Shown piece by piece: positions 55,161 to 64,000 of a DNA stretch of 64,000 nucleotides. A program made the translations under genes and the position numbers. The number at the start of each line of letters is the position of its first letter. Position 1 is the stretch's first letter. The notes beneath the pieces were generated by a model that made no database searches, had not been told where the DNA came from, and saw only the letters and a list, made by a program, of their open reading frames with translations. This DNA comes from Chloroflexi bacterium ADurb.Bin180. GTDB lineage: Bacteria; Chloroflexota; Anaerolineae; UBA2200. Where the stretch lies: positions 1,660 to 65,659 of the forward strand of contig MWCV01000007.1 of the NCBI GenBank assembly GCA_002070215.1, written 5' to 3'.

Positions 55161-56591
55161 ATGAGCAAGTTGCGGACTCTGATGCTGGCCGTACTGGTGC
55201 TGTGTCTGGCGGTTGGCTGTGGTCAGCCTGGCGACCATGGCGGTCAGACCAAACCGACTGCTGCACCTACGTCACCGGTGGTGCTGGAACTGGTGGGCCC
55301 GACCGGAACGAAAACACTGACCATGGACGAGCTGAAGGCGCTACCGGTGGAGGAGGGCTGGTCAGGTTACAAGAACAGCGTGGGGAGGATCACCCTTCCC
55401 GAGCGCTACAAGGGCGTATCAATGGAGTACCTGTGCAGCCTGGTTGGCGGCCTTACGCCAGAACGAGCGGTCGAGATGGTGGGTGCCGACGGCTACTTTA
55501 TGACCCTGTCGTACAAAGAGGCGATGGAAGGCAAGCTGGTGACCTACGACCCGGGCACAGGCAAGGAGATCCAGTTCAACGAGCCGCTCAAGACCATCAT
55601 CGCCTTCGAAAGGGAAGGCCAGCCGCTCCCCGCCGCCAGCGACGGAGCCCTGCGCTTTGCCGCCATCAGTGCCAGAAATAACCAGCTCATCGATGGCCAC
55701 TGGACCGTCAAGTGGCTGGCCAAGCTGGTGCTGAAGGAGGCCACGCGCGATTGGACGTTGCACCTGGAAGGCCAGATAGTCGAGGAGATGTCCAAGTCGA
55801 CATTCGAGTCCGGCGCCACTCCCTGCTGCCATCGCCGTATCTGGACCGATGAACAGGGTGGCATCTGGGCGGGCATACCGCTCTGGCACCTGATCGGGCG
55901 CATAGACGACGACATCACCCATCAGGCCGGCGGCTTTAACGACGGCATTGCCAAACTCGGCTACACCGTCGAGCTCGTCGCGGCTGACGGCTACTCCGTT
56001 ACCTTTGATAGCTCGCGAGTCAGGTACAACAACAACCTGATTGTGGTGAACACGCTGGACGAAAAGCCACTGGAAGACAAGTACTTCCCGCTGCGTCTCG
56101 TTGGCTCGGATGTGCAGAAGAAAGACGCCATTGCTCAGATTACCAGCATCATCCTGCATTTGCCCAAGGGAGTTCCGCTGCCCACGGCAGTGATCCCCGC
56201 ACCGGGAGCGCCGATGCCAACTCTGCCGCCCAGCAGTTCGGCCCCGACGCTGGTGATTCGGGGCAACGTGGAGAAAGAGCTGACCTTCTCGATGGCCGAG
56301 CTCAAGGCCATGGCTATCGACCTCGAGACTGAGCATCCCATCGAGGGCATGGGCAAGTACAGCGGCGCGCGAATCCACGAGCTGCTGCAGAAAGCCGGCG
56401 CCAAGCCAGGTATCAAGTTCGCGGTGCTGGTCTCTGGCGACGGCGCACGAACGTCGATGCCCTTTGGACTGTTGGATGGCTGTGCCGACTGCCTGGCCGG
56501 GTTCAGCTACGACGGCCGGCTCCTGTCCGTGATGCCGACGATGGACTGTTACTTCTGGATCAAAGACCTGGTGGCTATCGAACTCGACTAG
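55161..56591 (+). CDS. Lipoprotein with three tandem sulfite-oxidase-like domains
   Basis: Lipobox AVGCG. Domain 1 ends DGHWTVKWLAKLVLKE, domain 2 ends KYFPLRLVGSDVQKKDAIAQITSIIL, domain 3 begins PTLVIRGNVEKELTFSMAELKAMA and ends CYFWIKDLVAIELD. Confidence 0.6.
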   Translation: MSKLRTLMLAVLVLCLAVGCGQPGDHGGQTKPTAAPTSPVVLELVGPTGTKTLTMDELKALPVEEGWSGYKNSVGRITLPERYKGVSMEYLCSLVGGLTPERAVEMVGADGYFMTLSYKEAMEGKLVTYDPGTGKEIQFNEPLKTIIAFEREGQPLPAASDGALRFAAISARNNQLIDGHWTVKWLAKLVLKEATRDWTLHLEGQIVEEMSKSTFESGATPCCHRRIWTDEQGGIWAGIPLWHLIGRIDDDITHQAGGFNDGIAKLGYTVELVAADGYSVTFDSSRVRYNNNLIVVNTLDEKPLEDKYFPLRLVGSDVQKKDAIAQITSIILHLPKGVPLPTAVIPAPGAPMPTLPPSSSAPTLVIRGNVEKELTFSMAELKAMAIDLETEHPIEGMGKYSGARIHELLQKAGAKPGIKFAVLVSGDGARTSMPFGLLDGCADCLAGFSYDGRLLSVMPTMDCYFWIKDLVAIELD

Positions 56592-56608
56592 CCAGCTGAG
56601 GAACAAAC

Positions 56609-56634
56609 GGAGGGCGGCCGGCCGGCCGCCCTCC
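56609..56634 (+). terminator. GC-rich palindromic hairpin after the triple-domain lipoprotein gene
   Basis: ggagggcggcc-ggcc-ggccgccctcc gives an 11-bp perfect stem with no U-tract. Confidence 0.4.
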
Positions 56635-56655
56635 AACTGCCAACAGGGAGGTGCA

Positions 56656-57747
56656 GTGAGACGTCGGCTGCTTGTGGTTTGCCTGTGCTTTCTGCTGGTG
56701 TTGCCGGCCGGGTGCGCCCCAAAGAAGAGAACCGCGGTGCCCGTCTTTTTCGCGGGGAGTCTCATTATCCCTTTCCAGGAACTCGAGGCGGCTTACGAGG
56801 CGCAACATCCGGAGGTGGACCTGCTGCTGGAGGGCCATGGCAGCATCCAGGTTATCCGCCACGTGACCGAGATACACGAGCTCATCGATGTGGTGGTGAC
56901 GGCCGACCACGCGCTCATCCCGATGCTGATGTACTCGGCGCAGGTGCCGGAAACCAGGGCGCCCTATGCCGACTGGTACATCGAATTCGCCACGAACAAG
57001 CTCTCGCTGGCCTATCGATCCGACAGCCGCTACGCTAACGAGATCACCGCAGACAACTGGTACGAGGTCATCTCGCGCCCCGACGTCAGACTGGGTCTGG
57101 CCGACCCGCGCTTTGATGCCTGCGGCTACCGCGCGCTGATGGTGGTGCAGATGGCCGAAAAGCTCTACGGCCAGCCCACATTGTTCGAAGACCTGATCAC
57201 CGGCAGCTTCCGCACCGGGATCACCACGCGCCTGGAGAACGGACGCCTGGTCATTCACGTGCCAGAGATCCTCGAGGTCAAGGACAAGTCGCCTCTGGTG
57301 CTCCGCGCCTACAGCATTCAACTGATAGCGCTGCTCGAATCGGGCGACCTGGACTATGCTTTCGAGTATGAGAGCGTCATCAAGCAGCACCAGCTCCAGT
57401 CGGTGGCGCTTCCCGACGAACTGAACCTGGGTGCTGAGGCGCTGGCCGATCACTATGGCCAGGTAGAAGTGCGTATGGACTATCAGCGCTTCGCTTCGGT
57501 GCAGCCGGTGTTTCGCGGCGAGCCCATCGCCTACGGGGTGACCATTCCCACCAATGCTCCTCATCCCGCAGAAGCGGCGAGGTTCGTGGCCTTTTTGCTG
57601 GGGCCAGAGGGACAAAAGATCCTGCTGAACAACCATCAGCCCCTGATCATCCCCGGACGAGCCAGCAACTATGAGCGTGTGCCTGCGGCACTGCAGTCAC
57701 TGTGCGTGCCGGCGCCCGAGCTATCGGGCACCGGCCTGTTAAGGTGA
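56656..57747 (+). CDS. wtpA: Molybdate/tungstate-binding lipoprotein of the WtpA/ModA family
   Basis: Lipobox LPAGCA, VFFAGSLIIPFQELEAAYEAQHP start, and 363 aa length fit WtpA better than ModA. Confidence 0.6.
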   Translation: MRRRLLVVCLCFLLVLPAGCAPKKRTAVPVFFAGSLIIPFQELEAAYEAQHPEVDLLLEGHGSIQVIRHVTEIHELIDVVVTADHALIPMLMYSAQVPETRAPYADWYIEFATNKLSLAYRSDSRYANEITADNWYEVISRPDVRLGLADPRFDACGYRALMVVQMAEKLYGQPTLFEDLITGSFRTGITTRLENGRLVIHVPEILEVKDKSPLVLRAYSIQLIALLESGDLDYAFEYESVIKQHQLQSVALPDELNLGAEALADHYGQVEVRMDYQRFASVQPVFRGEPIAYGVTIPTNAPHPAEAARFVAFLLGPEGQKILLNNHQPLIIPGRASNYERVPAALQSLCVPAPELSGTGLLR

Positions 57748-57751
57748 TGCG

Positions 57752-58588
57752 GTGAGCAGCCCCAGGGCGGCGCCTTCCGGTACGGGGCGATTTCGCCGAC
57801 CCGACGGGCTGGCCAAAGCATTTGCCCTGTTGAGCGCGCTGCTGTTACTCTTTGTGCTGCTGCCGCTGCTGGACACTCTGCTGGGAACCAGCTTCAGGGC
57901 GCTGCTGGCCACGCTGACTGATTCGCAGGTTATGAACGCACTGGCACTGACCTTTCTTGCCGCTGCCGTGGCCACTTTGCTCACCCTTCTGACTGGAGTT
58001 CCTCTGGCCTACCTTCTGGCGCGCTATGACTTTGGCGGCAAGAGGTGGGTAGAGGGGGTGGTGAACCTGCCGGTGGTGGTTCCCCATACGGCTGCCGGCA
58101 TCGCCCTGCTGATGGTCTTTGGCCGGCAGGGGGTGCTGGGCAAGCCGCTGGGAACGGTGGGGCTCAGCTTTACCGATACCTTTGCCGGGGTAGTGGTGGG
58201 GATGCTCTTTGTGAGCCTGCCGTTCCTGGTGAACGCGGCCAGAGAGTCCTTCGAGATGGTGGATCCCGAGCTGGAGAGAATGGCCGAGACGCAGGGTGCC
58301 ACGAGCTGGCAGGCTTTCTGGTTGGTGGCCTTGCCTCTGGCCCTGCGGGGCATCCTGGCGGGGGCGCTCTTGATGTGGGGCCGGGCCATCAGCGAGTTCG
58401 GCGCGGTGGTGATCCTGGCGTATCACCCCAAGACCGTGCCGGTGCTCGTTTTTGAGCGCTTTGAAGGTTTCGGTCTGGCGGCGGCTCAGCCGGTGGCGGT
58501 GCTGCTCATCATCGCTTCGCTGGCGGTGTTCGTACTCCTCCAGACGCTGGTCGTCCCCCCTCGCGACGGACGGCACTCGAACCTCTAG
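57752..58588 (+). CDS. wtpB: Molybdate/tungstate ABC transporter permease (WtpB/ModB family)
   Basis: CysT/ModB-like permease (MVDPELERMAETQGATSWQAFWLVALP EAA loop). No cognate ATPase follows. Confidence 0.7.
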   Translation: MSSPRAAPSGTGRFRRPDGLAKAFALLSALLLLFVLLPLLDTLLGTSFRALLATLTDSQVMNALALTFLAAAVATLLTLLTGVPLAYLLARYDFGGKRWVEGVVNLPVVVPHTAAGIALLMVFGRQGVLGKPLGTVGLSFTDTFAGVVVGMLFVSLPFLVNAARESFEMVDPELERMAETQGATSWQAFWLVALPLALRGILAGALLMWGRAISEFGAVVILAYHPKTVPVLVFERFEGFGLAAAQPVAVLLIIASLAVFVLLQTLVVPPRDGRHSNL

Positions 58589-58612
58589 CCACCGAGCGGG
58601 GGCCCTTCTGGC

Positions 58613-59275
58613 TCAGGAGTTCGTGCCGGGTTTGCGCCGCTGCTCGGGTGGCAGGGGCTGGTACAGGCCCACCGGATCCGAGCCCAGCAGCCCGGCCTGG
58701 TACAGGAGCGGATCCACTGGCTGAAAGTTGCTCACCGTCTCTGCGTCGGCGATCTCATAGTGTGGCAGAGCGTTCAGCCGGTCGCCCACCCACTCTAGAT
58801 CTTCCTCGGTAGTCATCCACTGGCGCGAATCGTAGCGGCTGAGGTCGAGCGGACGCGAGTAGGAGCGCAGCGTGCGCTCGGCCAGCATGTTGTAGTAGGG
58901 CTCAAAGTAGGATAGGGCCAGCTCGCGGTAGGTCAGGTAGACCGGCTCGCGAAAGCGCAGCAACGAAAAGTTGGATTTGGCCACAGCTCCCACCCGTCCG
59001 TGGAAGCGGTACACGGCGATGACGTGGTCGTCGTCGTCCACAGCGCGCAGGTCGAGGATCAGTGGCCGGTGGCCGTGGTAGCGCAGCGCGGCGGCAGCGA
59101 AAATGGCCCCCTCAGCGCAGTGGGCGCAGCGGTCACGCATCACCCGCCGCGGGGAGCGGGTCTGCTGGTCGGTAGTGTAGGGGGTGTCATCGAGATACTG
59201 CTGCACCTTCCAGGGCTGATCCAGGCTCTGCAAGATGGCCTGCTCTTCGCTGGTCCACGTCGAGCTTGCTATCAC
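58613..59275 (-). CDS. Hypothetical protein (possible transglutaminase-like Cys/His/Asp fold)
   Basis: RDRCAHCAEGAIFAAAALRYHGHRP...DDDHVIAVY suggests a papain/transglutaminase-like catalytic arrangement; weak. Confidence 0.35.
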   Translation of the reverse strand: MIASSTWTSEEQAILQSLDQPWKVQQYLDDTPYTTDQQTRSPRRVMRDRCAHCAEGAIFAAAALRYHGHRPLILDLRAVDDDDHVIAVYRFHGRVGAVAKSNFSLLRFREPVYLTYRELALSYFEPYYNMLAERTLRSYSRPLDLSRYDSRQWMTTEEDLEWVGDRLNALPHYEIADAETVSNFQPVDPLLYQAGLLGSDPVGLYQPLPPEQRRKPGTNS

Positions 59276-59421
59276 CGTTGCCCTCCGCCAGTGTGGTTCG
59301 CCAATGGCCGCCGATTATACCACAACGGCCGGTCCGAAAGAGAGAGCCGCAGCCCCTGGAGAGGAGTGCGGCTCTGCCCTATCTTGTTGTGCTGTGTCTG
59401 ATCAACCTGCCGCGTGAGCGG

Positions 59422-60729
59422 CTACATTCCTCCCTTGCCAAACGGGTCGACCCAGGTCTCGAGCGCGGCCTTGAGCTCCGGGTGCTCTTTGGCTGCGTCC
59501 TCGAGGGGCCTCCCGCTCATCGTCGCGTCGATGGCCTGGCGGAAGGCCTTGGCGCCAGCCACCGGCCCCTGCGGATGAGCATGGATGCCGCCTCCGGAGC
59601 CAATGACAATGTCCGGTCCAAGGTCCTTCATCACTGACGGCACCATCGCCGGAGTGATGCCGCCGCTGGGCATGGGGAAGGTGGGGCGCAGGTTGTAGAG
59701 AGGGAAGCTCAGGTTGCGCGCCACGCTGACGAACTTGTCCGGGATCACCGGAGCCTTGCCATAGGGCGCGGGGAACACGATGATGTCGGCGCCGGCCAGG
59801 CGCGGCAGCTTGCCGAGCACAATGTGCGAGCTCATCCCGTGCCACTCTGACTCGTAGAGCGCCCCCGCCAGGTCCATATGGGCCAGGATGGGCACGTTGA
59901 GCGACTTGTCCTCGGCCAGGGCCCGCAGCACCGGAAAGCCAGCCACCAGATAGTTGATCATGAGCGCGTTGGCGCCCAGCTCCACCGCGCGGTGGGCGTT
60001 CTCGAATACCTTGGGGATCTCGTCGGTCACATTGACCGTGTACAGCGTGTGCTCGCCCGTTTCCTCAAAGACCTCTTTCTCAGCCTGCATATACAACTTG
60101 ACGCGCGATTCGATGTCGCAGAAGCAGGCGTTGGCCAGCAGTTCGTCATCTTTGATGATGTCGCAGCCGCCAAGAGCAGCCGCTTTGAAGAGCTTGCCCC
60201 CCAGCTCGGGCGGGTAGCCGGTGCACGGCTTGATCATGTTATTGAGCAGCGGACGCTTCGGAACGCCCAGTGCCTTGCGAATGCCGGGGACGCCAAAACG
60301 CGGCCCCTGAAAGCCGTCGACATACTGCTTCGGAAAACGCACGTCAACCAGCTTTAATCGGCCGGCCATCGAGATGTTGCCGATCACCGTGGTCAGCATC
60401 ATCGGGATCTGCGGACCAAAGTTGACCACCGGAAAGGCGAGCTGGATCAGGTACTGCCGGTCGGTCACCGAGGTCGGAACAGACCACTCATAGTCGGGGA
60501 TCTCGTAGACGCCAATGACCTTAGCTACGTGCTTCCGGCGCACCTCTGGCGTCTCCCCGGGCACCGGCACCCAGGTTCCCGTGGACTGCTCGATGGCCAG
60601 AGCGGGTGCCATCTTGGCCACCGGAAAGCCGTTGGGGAAGGAAACAGCAAAGGTGCCGATTACGTAATCCTCATAGTCGATTCCGTCGGGCAAAGCGATA
60701 GGCAGTGACTCGACATCCATCTTGGGCAT
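59422..60729 (-). CDS. RuBisCO large-subunit family protein (RuBisCO-like protein / form III-like)
   Basis: GGCDIIKDDE matches GGLDFTKDDE (K201/D203/E204), and STGTWVPV and GGGIHAHP are conserved. KPKLG is KPCTG, so K177 is replaced by Cys. 435 aa. Confidence 0.75.
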   Translation of the reverse strand: MPKMDVESLPIALPDGIDYEDYVIGTFAVSFPNGFPVAKMAPALAIEQSTGTWVPVPGETPEVRRKHVAKVIGVYEIPDYEWSVPTSVTDRQYLIQLAFPVVNFGPQIPMMLTTVIGNISMAGRLKLVDVRFPKQYVDGFQGPRFGVPGIRKALGVPKRPLLNNMIKPCTGYPPELGGKLFKAAALGGCDIIKDDELLANACFCDIESRVKLYMQAEKEVFEETGEHTLYTVNVTDEIPKVFENAHRAVELGANALMINYLVAGFPVLRALAEDKSLNVPILAHMDLAGALYESEWHGMSSHIVLGKLPRLAGADIIVFPAPYGKAPVIPDKFVSVARNLSFPLYNLRPTFPMPSGGITPAMVPSVMKDLGPDIVIGSGGGIHAHPQGPVAGAKAFRQAIDATMSGRPLEDAAKEHPELKAALETWVDPFGKGGM

Positions 60730-60799
60730 TGTCTCCTCCTGTTGTATTGTAGGGCAAACGATGAGTTTGCCCTACGCTGCTGCAAACGGGCAGCCTGCC

Positions 60800-62350
60800 T
60801 TACTCCTTGGCGCAGACTCCAAAGCGTACCTGGTTCACATCGCGATACAGGCTTTTCAGTGAGTAGTACAGTCGCTGATAGGCGCCAAAGAGCAGGTCAT
60901 AGGTCTTGGCGTTGCGCGGCTCCGGTTCAAAGCTCTTTTCGAGCGGCACGACCTGCTTCAGCGCGCCAAAGTCGGGATAGATCCCCAGGCCAATAGCGGC
61001 AGTCAGCGCTGCGCCCACGGCACCGACCTCCTGCGTGTTGGCGACCGTCTCGACGCGGCGGCCGGTCACGTCGGCGATGATCTGCATCCACGGAGCGCCT
61101 CGAGCGCCGCCACCCACGACCCGCAGCACGGGCAGCGGAAAGCCGTACTTTTTCTCGATGATATCGATCATCCAGCGGATGTTGTAGGCTACGCCCTCAT
61201 AGACCGCTCGCAGCATGTGCTCTCGTGTATGGTCGGCGCTGATGTTAAAGAAGGTGGTGCGCACAAAGGTGTCCGAGACGGGAGAACGCTCACCGTAAAG
61301 CCACGGTGTGCAGACTACATAGTTGGAGCCCGGGGGGATGGTGCTGACCTTTCGGTCCATCAGTGCAAAGACGTTGGGCACGCTGGGATCGGCCTGCTCG
61401 GCCTTGTAGAACTGGTCCGCAATCCACCTCAGGCAGGCACCAGCGGTCTCCATCTCGGCGATGAGCAGCGACTTGCCGGGGTCCGCAGCCTGCAGGGTGG
61501 CGATGCCACCGCTGCCAGTGGGGGTCCTGGCGGTGGTGACGGCAACCCAGCCCGATGTGCCGAGATAGACGTGACCCTCTCCTTCGCCCACCGCGCCGGC
61601 GCCTACCGCCGCGCCAATCACATCTCCGCCACCGCCATAGACCGGCGTCCCCGCCAGCAGCCCGCACTCGGCAGCGGCGGCCGCGGTCATTGGCCCGACC
61701 TGGTCTATTGAGCGAATCAGGGGGGGAAACTTGTCGGTGTCGACACCCAGGTAGCGAATGACCCCCTTTAGCCAGTCCTTCTTCTTCAGGTCAAAGCCGA
61801 TAGCCGAAGCACAGGACCACTCACAAACCATCTTGCCGGTGGCTCGATAGGTCAGGTAGCCGTTGACATCCAGGAAACAGTCCATGTTGCGGTAGAGCTC
61901 CGGCTCGTTCTCCTTGAGCCAGAGCAGCTTGGGCAGAGCGTCCTTGCCGGAGAGCTCGGCGCCGGCGACCGCGGCAAACACCCGTGGTCCGAGGAACCTG
62001 GCCATCATACGCTTGGCCTGGTCTGGTGCGCGCGAATCGAGCCAGATGATGGCCTCTCGCAGGTGCGAGCCGTCCTTGCTCATCGGTACCACGCCCAGCA
62101 TCTGCGTGGTGTGCACCATTGCCGCTACGTCAGCCGGGTTCACCCTGGCCTGCTCCACGACTTGCTTGGTGGTGCTGGACACGGCGCGCCACCAATCAGC
62201 GGGGTCCTGCTCAGCACGGTCAGCGCAGGGGTAGTGGACTGGATAAGCAGCAAGGGCAGTCGCACAGACACGGCCGGAGGTGTCAACGAGTACGGCCTTG
62301 TTGCCACTGGTTCCCACGTCATGAGCGACGATGTACTGAGTCATTCGCAC
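60800..62350 (-). CDS. FGGY-family carbohydrate kinase (xylulokinase-like)
   Basis: YIVAHDVGTSGNKAVLVD N-terminal motif and GGGARGAPWMQIIADV C-terminal motif of FGGY kinases; 516 aa. Confidence 0.85.
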   Translation of the reverse strand: MRMTQYIVAHDVGTSGNKAVLVDTSGRVCATALAAYPVHYPCADRAEQDPADWWRAVSSTTKQVVEQARVNPADVAAMVHTTQMLGVVPMSKDGSHLREAIIWLDSRAPDQAKRMMARFLGPRVFAAVAGAELSGKDALPKLLWLKENEPELYRNMDCFLDVNGYLTYRATGKMVCEWSCASAIGFDLKKKDWLKGVIRYLGVDTDKFPPLIRSIDQVGPMTAAAAAECGLLAGTPVYGGGGDVIGAAVGAGAVGEGEGHVYLGTSGWVAVTTARTPTGSGGIATLQAADPGKSLLIAEMETAGACLRWIADQFYKAEQADPSVPNVFALMDRKVSTIPPGSNYVVCTPWLYGERSPVSDTFVRTTFFNISADHTREHMLRAVYEGVAYNIRWMIDIIEKKYGFPLPVLRVVGGGARGAPWMQIIADVTGRRVETVANTQEVGAVGAALTAAIGLGIYPDFGALKQVVPLEKSFEPEPRNAKTYDLLFGAYQRLYYSLKSLYRDVNQVRFGVCAKE

Positions 62351-62373
62351 CTCGCTTCCAGATGGCTCAACGC

Positions 62374-63804
62374 TCAGCGCGACGAGGCCTCTTGTGCCAG
62401 TTGCTCGCGGACCATGGCCAGTGCATCCTGGTCCATCTGCTCCACCTGAACCAGCAGCTCTTCAAAGACCTGGAGCGCCCGGTCGAGCTGCTCTTCGGGG
62501 ATGGTCAGCGGCGGCTTGATCTTGATGGTGTTGCGACAGGTGGGGCAGCCGGCGTGAACCTCGGGCATATCCACGTCAAAGATCACGCCGCTCATCATCC
62601 CCAGCTCCACCAGTGCCGCGGCACGCTCCGTGGCCGGAGTCCTGGTCTTGGGGTCCTCGACCAGCTCTACGCCGATGAACAGGCCCGGACCGCGCACCTC
62701 GCCGATGAGCGGGTGCTCTTCCTGCAGGTGCAGCAGGCGCGCCGTGGCGCGCTCGCCGAGCTGGCGCGAGCGCTCACACAGCCCGAGTCGCTCCATTACC
62801 TCGATGGTGGCCAGTGCCGCGGCGAAAGCGACCGGACTGGAGCCAAAGGTGGTGTGCTCTTCGGCCGCGTTCAAGTTCTTCAGGTCCTCCCTGGCCAGCA
62901 GGGCGCCGACGGCGAACCCGCCGCCCAGCCCCTTGGTCAGGGCCATCATATCCGGAGCCACACCGTAATACTCGGCGGCACTCATTGCCCCGCAGCGGCC
63001 GAACGCGGTCTGCGACTCGTCGTAGATCAGGTATATGCCGTGGCGCTGGCAGATCTCCTTGAGGCCGGCGAGATAGCCGGGCGGTGTGGGCACTTGGCCT
63101 CCCGCGCCCTGCATCGGCTCGATGATCAGGCCGGCGATCGGAGCGTTGACCCCGTGATAGATCACGTCCTCTACGCACTGCAGGCAGGCCAGGCCGCAGT
63201 GCTGTGGCTCGAGCTGGAGCGGGCAGCGATAGCAGTAGGGGTAGGGGAACTTGGCAAAGTGGTCCATTCCAAAGCCAGAGAAGCGAGAGATCCCGCCAAA
63301 GTACTGGCTGGCGGCATAGGTCCCCAGTGAGCAGCCGTGGTAGGCGCGGTAGGCGGTGAGGAACACCGTCGCCCCCGGCTTGTTGATCATGGCCAGCTTC
63401 ATCGCCGCTTCGATGGCCGAGCCGCCGCCCTGGTTGTTCAGCACGACCTTGTTGAGGTTGCCCGGAAAGAGCTTGGGCAGCTTGTTCAACAGCTTGATGC
63501 GCGGAATGGTGGGGTAGGCGTAGCGCACGTGGGTCAGATGGCGCATCTGCTCGGTCACCGCGGCGATGACATCGGGGTGATTGTAGCCCACGTTGAGCGA
63601 CCAGGCCTGAGAGGTGCAGTCGATGTACTCGTTGCCCTGTATGTCGCGTACCGTGGCGCCGCCGGGAGTGCCTTCGAAGAGGATCTGGCGCTTGAGCTTG
63701 GTCAGAGAGTGGGTCTTGGCCTCGGCAAACTCTACGTCTGTCACCTCGGTCAACAGGGTGCGAATTTCGTCCTGCGAGAGGACACGGGGCTGCTGCGTTG
63801 CCAT
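62374..63804 (-). CDS. Class III (omega/GABA-type) PLP-dependent aminotransferase
   Basis: AT-III fold with IYDESQTAFGRCG (Lys region) motif. AAGGAGG RBS before ATG at 63804; the ORF extends to 63822. Confidence 0.8.
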   Translation of the reverse strand: MATQQPRVLSQDEIRTLLTEVTDVEFAEAKTHSLTKLKRQILFEGTPGGATVRDIQGNEYIDCTSQAWSLNVGYNHPDVIAAVTEQMRHLTHVRYAYPTIPRIKLLNKLPKLFPGNLNKVVLNNQGGGSAIEAAMKLAMINKPGATVFLTAYRAYHGCSLGTYAASQYFGGISRFSGFGMDHFAKFPYPYCYRCPLQLEPQHCGLACLQCVEDVIYHGVNAPIAGLIIEPMQGAGGQVPTPPGYLAGLKEICQRHGIYLIYDESQTAFGRCGAMSAAEYYGVAPDMMALTKGLGGGFAVGALLAREDLKNLNAAEEHTTFGSSPVAFAAALATIEVMERLGLCERSRQLGERATARLLHLQEEHPLIGEVRGPGLFIGVELVEDPKTRTPATERAAALVELGMMSGVIFDVDMPEVHAGCPTCRNTIKIKPPLTIPEEQLDRALQVFEELLVQVEQMDQDALAMVREQLAQEASSR

Positions 63805-63859
63805 CTTCTCCTCCTTGAGCAAGAGCGGATCCCGCTAGGGTGCCTGTTGGTTTGGTCCG

Positions 63860-63887
63860 ATTATAGGCCCTGCACGAGACCTGTCAA
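63860..63887 (-). promoter_or_regulatory. Consensus sigma-70-like promoter (TTGACA-N16-TATAAT) for the aminotransferase/FGGY/RLP operon
   Basis: Minus-strand TTGACA at 63887-63882 and TATAAT at 63865-63860. Confidence 0.55.
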
Positions 63888-64000
63888 AGCATCCCATAGT
63901 GAGCTAGTAGTACACGGAACGGGTCCTGTGGCGCGGCCGCGCTTTGTAATGAGGCTCCTGGCCGCGGTTCCAGAGCAGATAGTCCAGTCCCCTTGCAGTG

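Noticed and set aside
59422-60729. Calling the RuBisCO homolog a CO2-fixing form I/II/III enzyme
   Set aside because: The KPKLG motif is KPCTG (K177 replaced), there is no small subunit, cbbX or prk, and the neighbours are a sugar kinase and an aminotransferase. An RLP-type assignment is more defensible, but form III cannot be fully excluded without phylogeny.
1-64000. tRNA, rRNA, transposase/integrase or prophage genes
   Set aside because: Visual scan found no tRNA-like GTTCGAATC-type T-arm motifs, no rRNA-like regions, and no integrase/transposase-like ORFs. The window looks like core chromosome.

Overview
This is a high-GC (~65%) bacterial chromosomal segment that looks like an anaerobic Chloroflexota-type genome; the lineage call is an inference from GC content, abundant lipoproteins, an archaeal-style mevalonate pathway and Wood-Ljungdahl genes. 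No rRNA, tRNA, CRISPR array or mobile element was seen.

Positions 1-27057 on the minus strand hold an almost complete Wood-Ljungdahl supercluster. It runs cooC (partial), the corrinoid reactivating protein RACo, an inserted PAP2 phosphatase and membrane alpha/beta hydrolase, acsC, acsD, acsB, cooS, a NuoG-N-terminal-like Fe-S protein, nuoF-like, nuoE-like, cooF, a small His-substituted HMA-like protein, fhs, folD and fchA. After an unrelated gene block come metF, metV and a fused GltD/HdrA-like-ferredoxin-MvhD oxidoreductase. No acsE is in the window.

The middle of the window carries hsp20, lon, an unusual PHP-AlbA_2 protein and rnz. It also carries an archaeal-type alternative mevalonate pathway cluster (UbiD-like decarboxylase, aconitase-X large and small subunits, isopentenyl phosphate kinase), rseP and a HEAT-repeat protein.

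Positions 40.4-58.6 kb form a dense molybdenum/tungsten locus. It opens with a consensus promoter and a candidate Moco riboswitch with an intrinsic terminator, followed by moaA-moaC-moaD-moaE-moeA-mogA. Next come a MosA/MosB-like molybdenum-storage-protein homolog, a DUF134/NifX-like pair, a TiaS-kinase-like orphan, an ECF transporter, tupBC with a fused tupA, and wtpAB.

Interleaved in that locus are five exported proteins carrying eight copies of a short, cysteine-less sulfite-oxidase-like domain. One copy is fused to TupA and two are fused to a diheme cytochrome c. This is the most interesting candidate for an undescribed system.

The window ends with a RuBisCO-like protein, FGGY kinase and class III aminotransferase operon driven by a consensus promoter. 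Many long antisense ORFs in the six-frame track are GC-driven shadow ORFs and were rejected.
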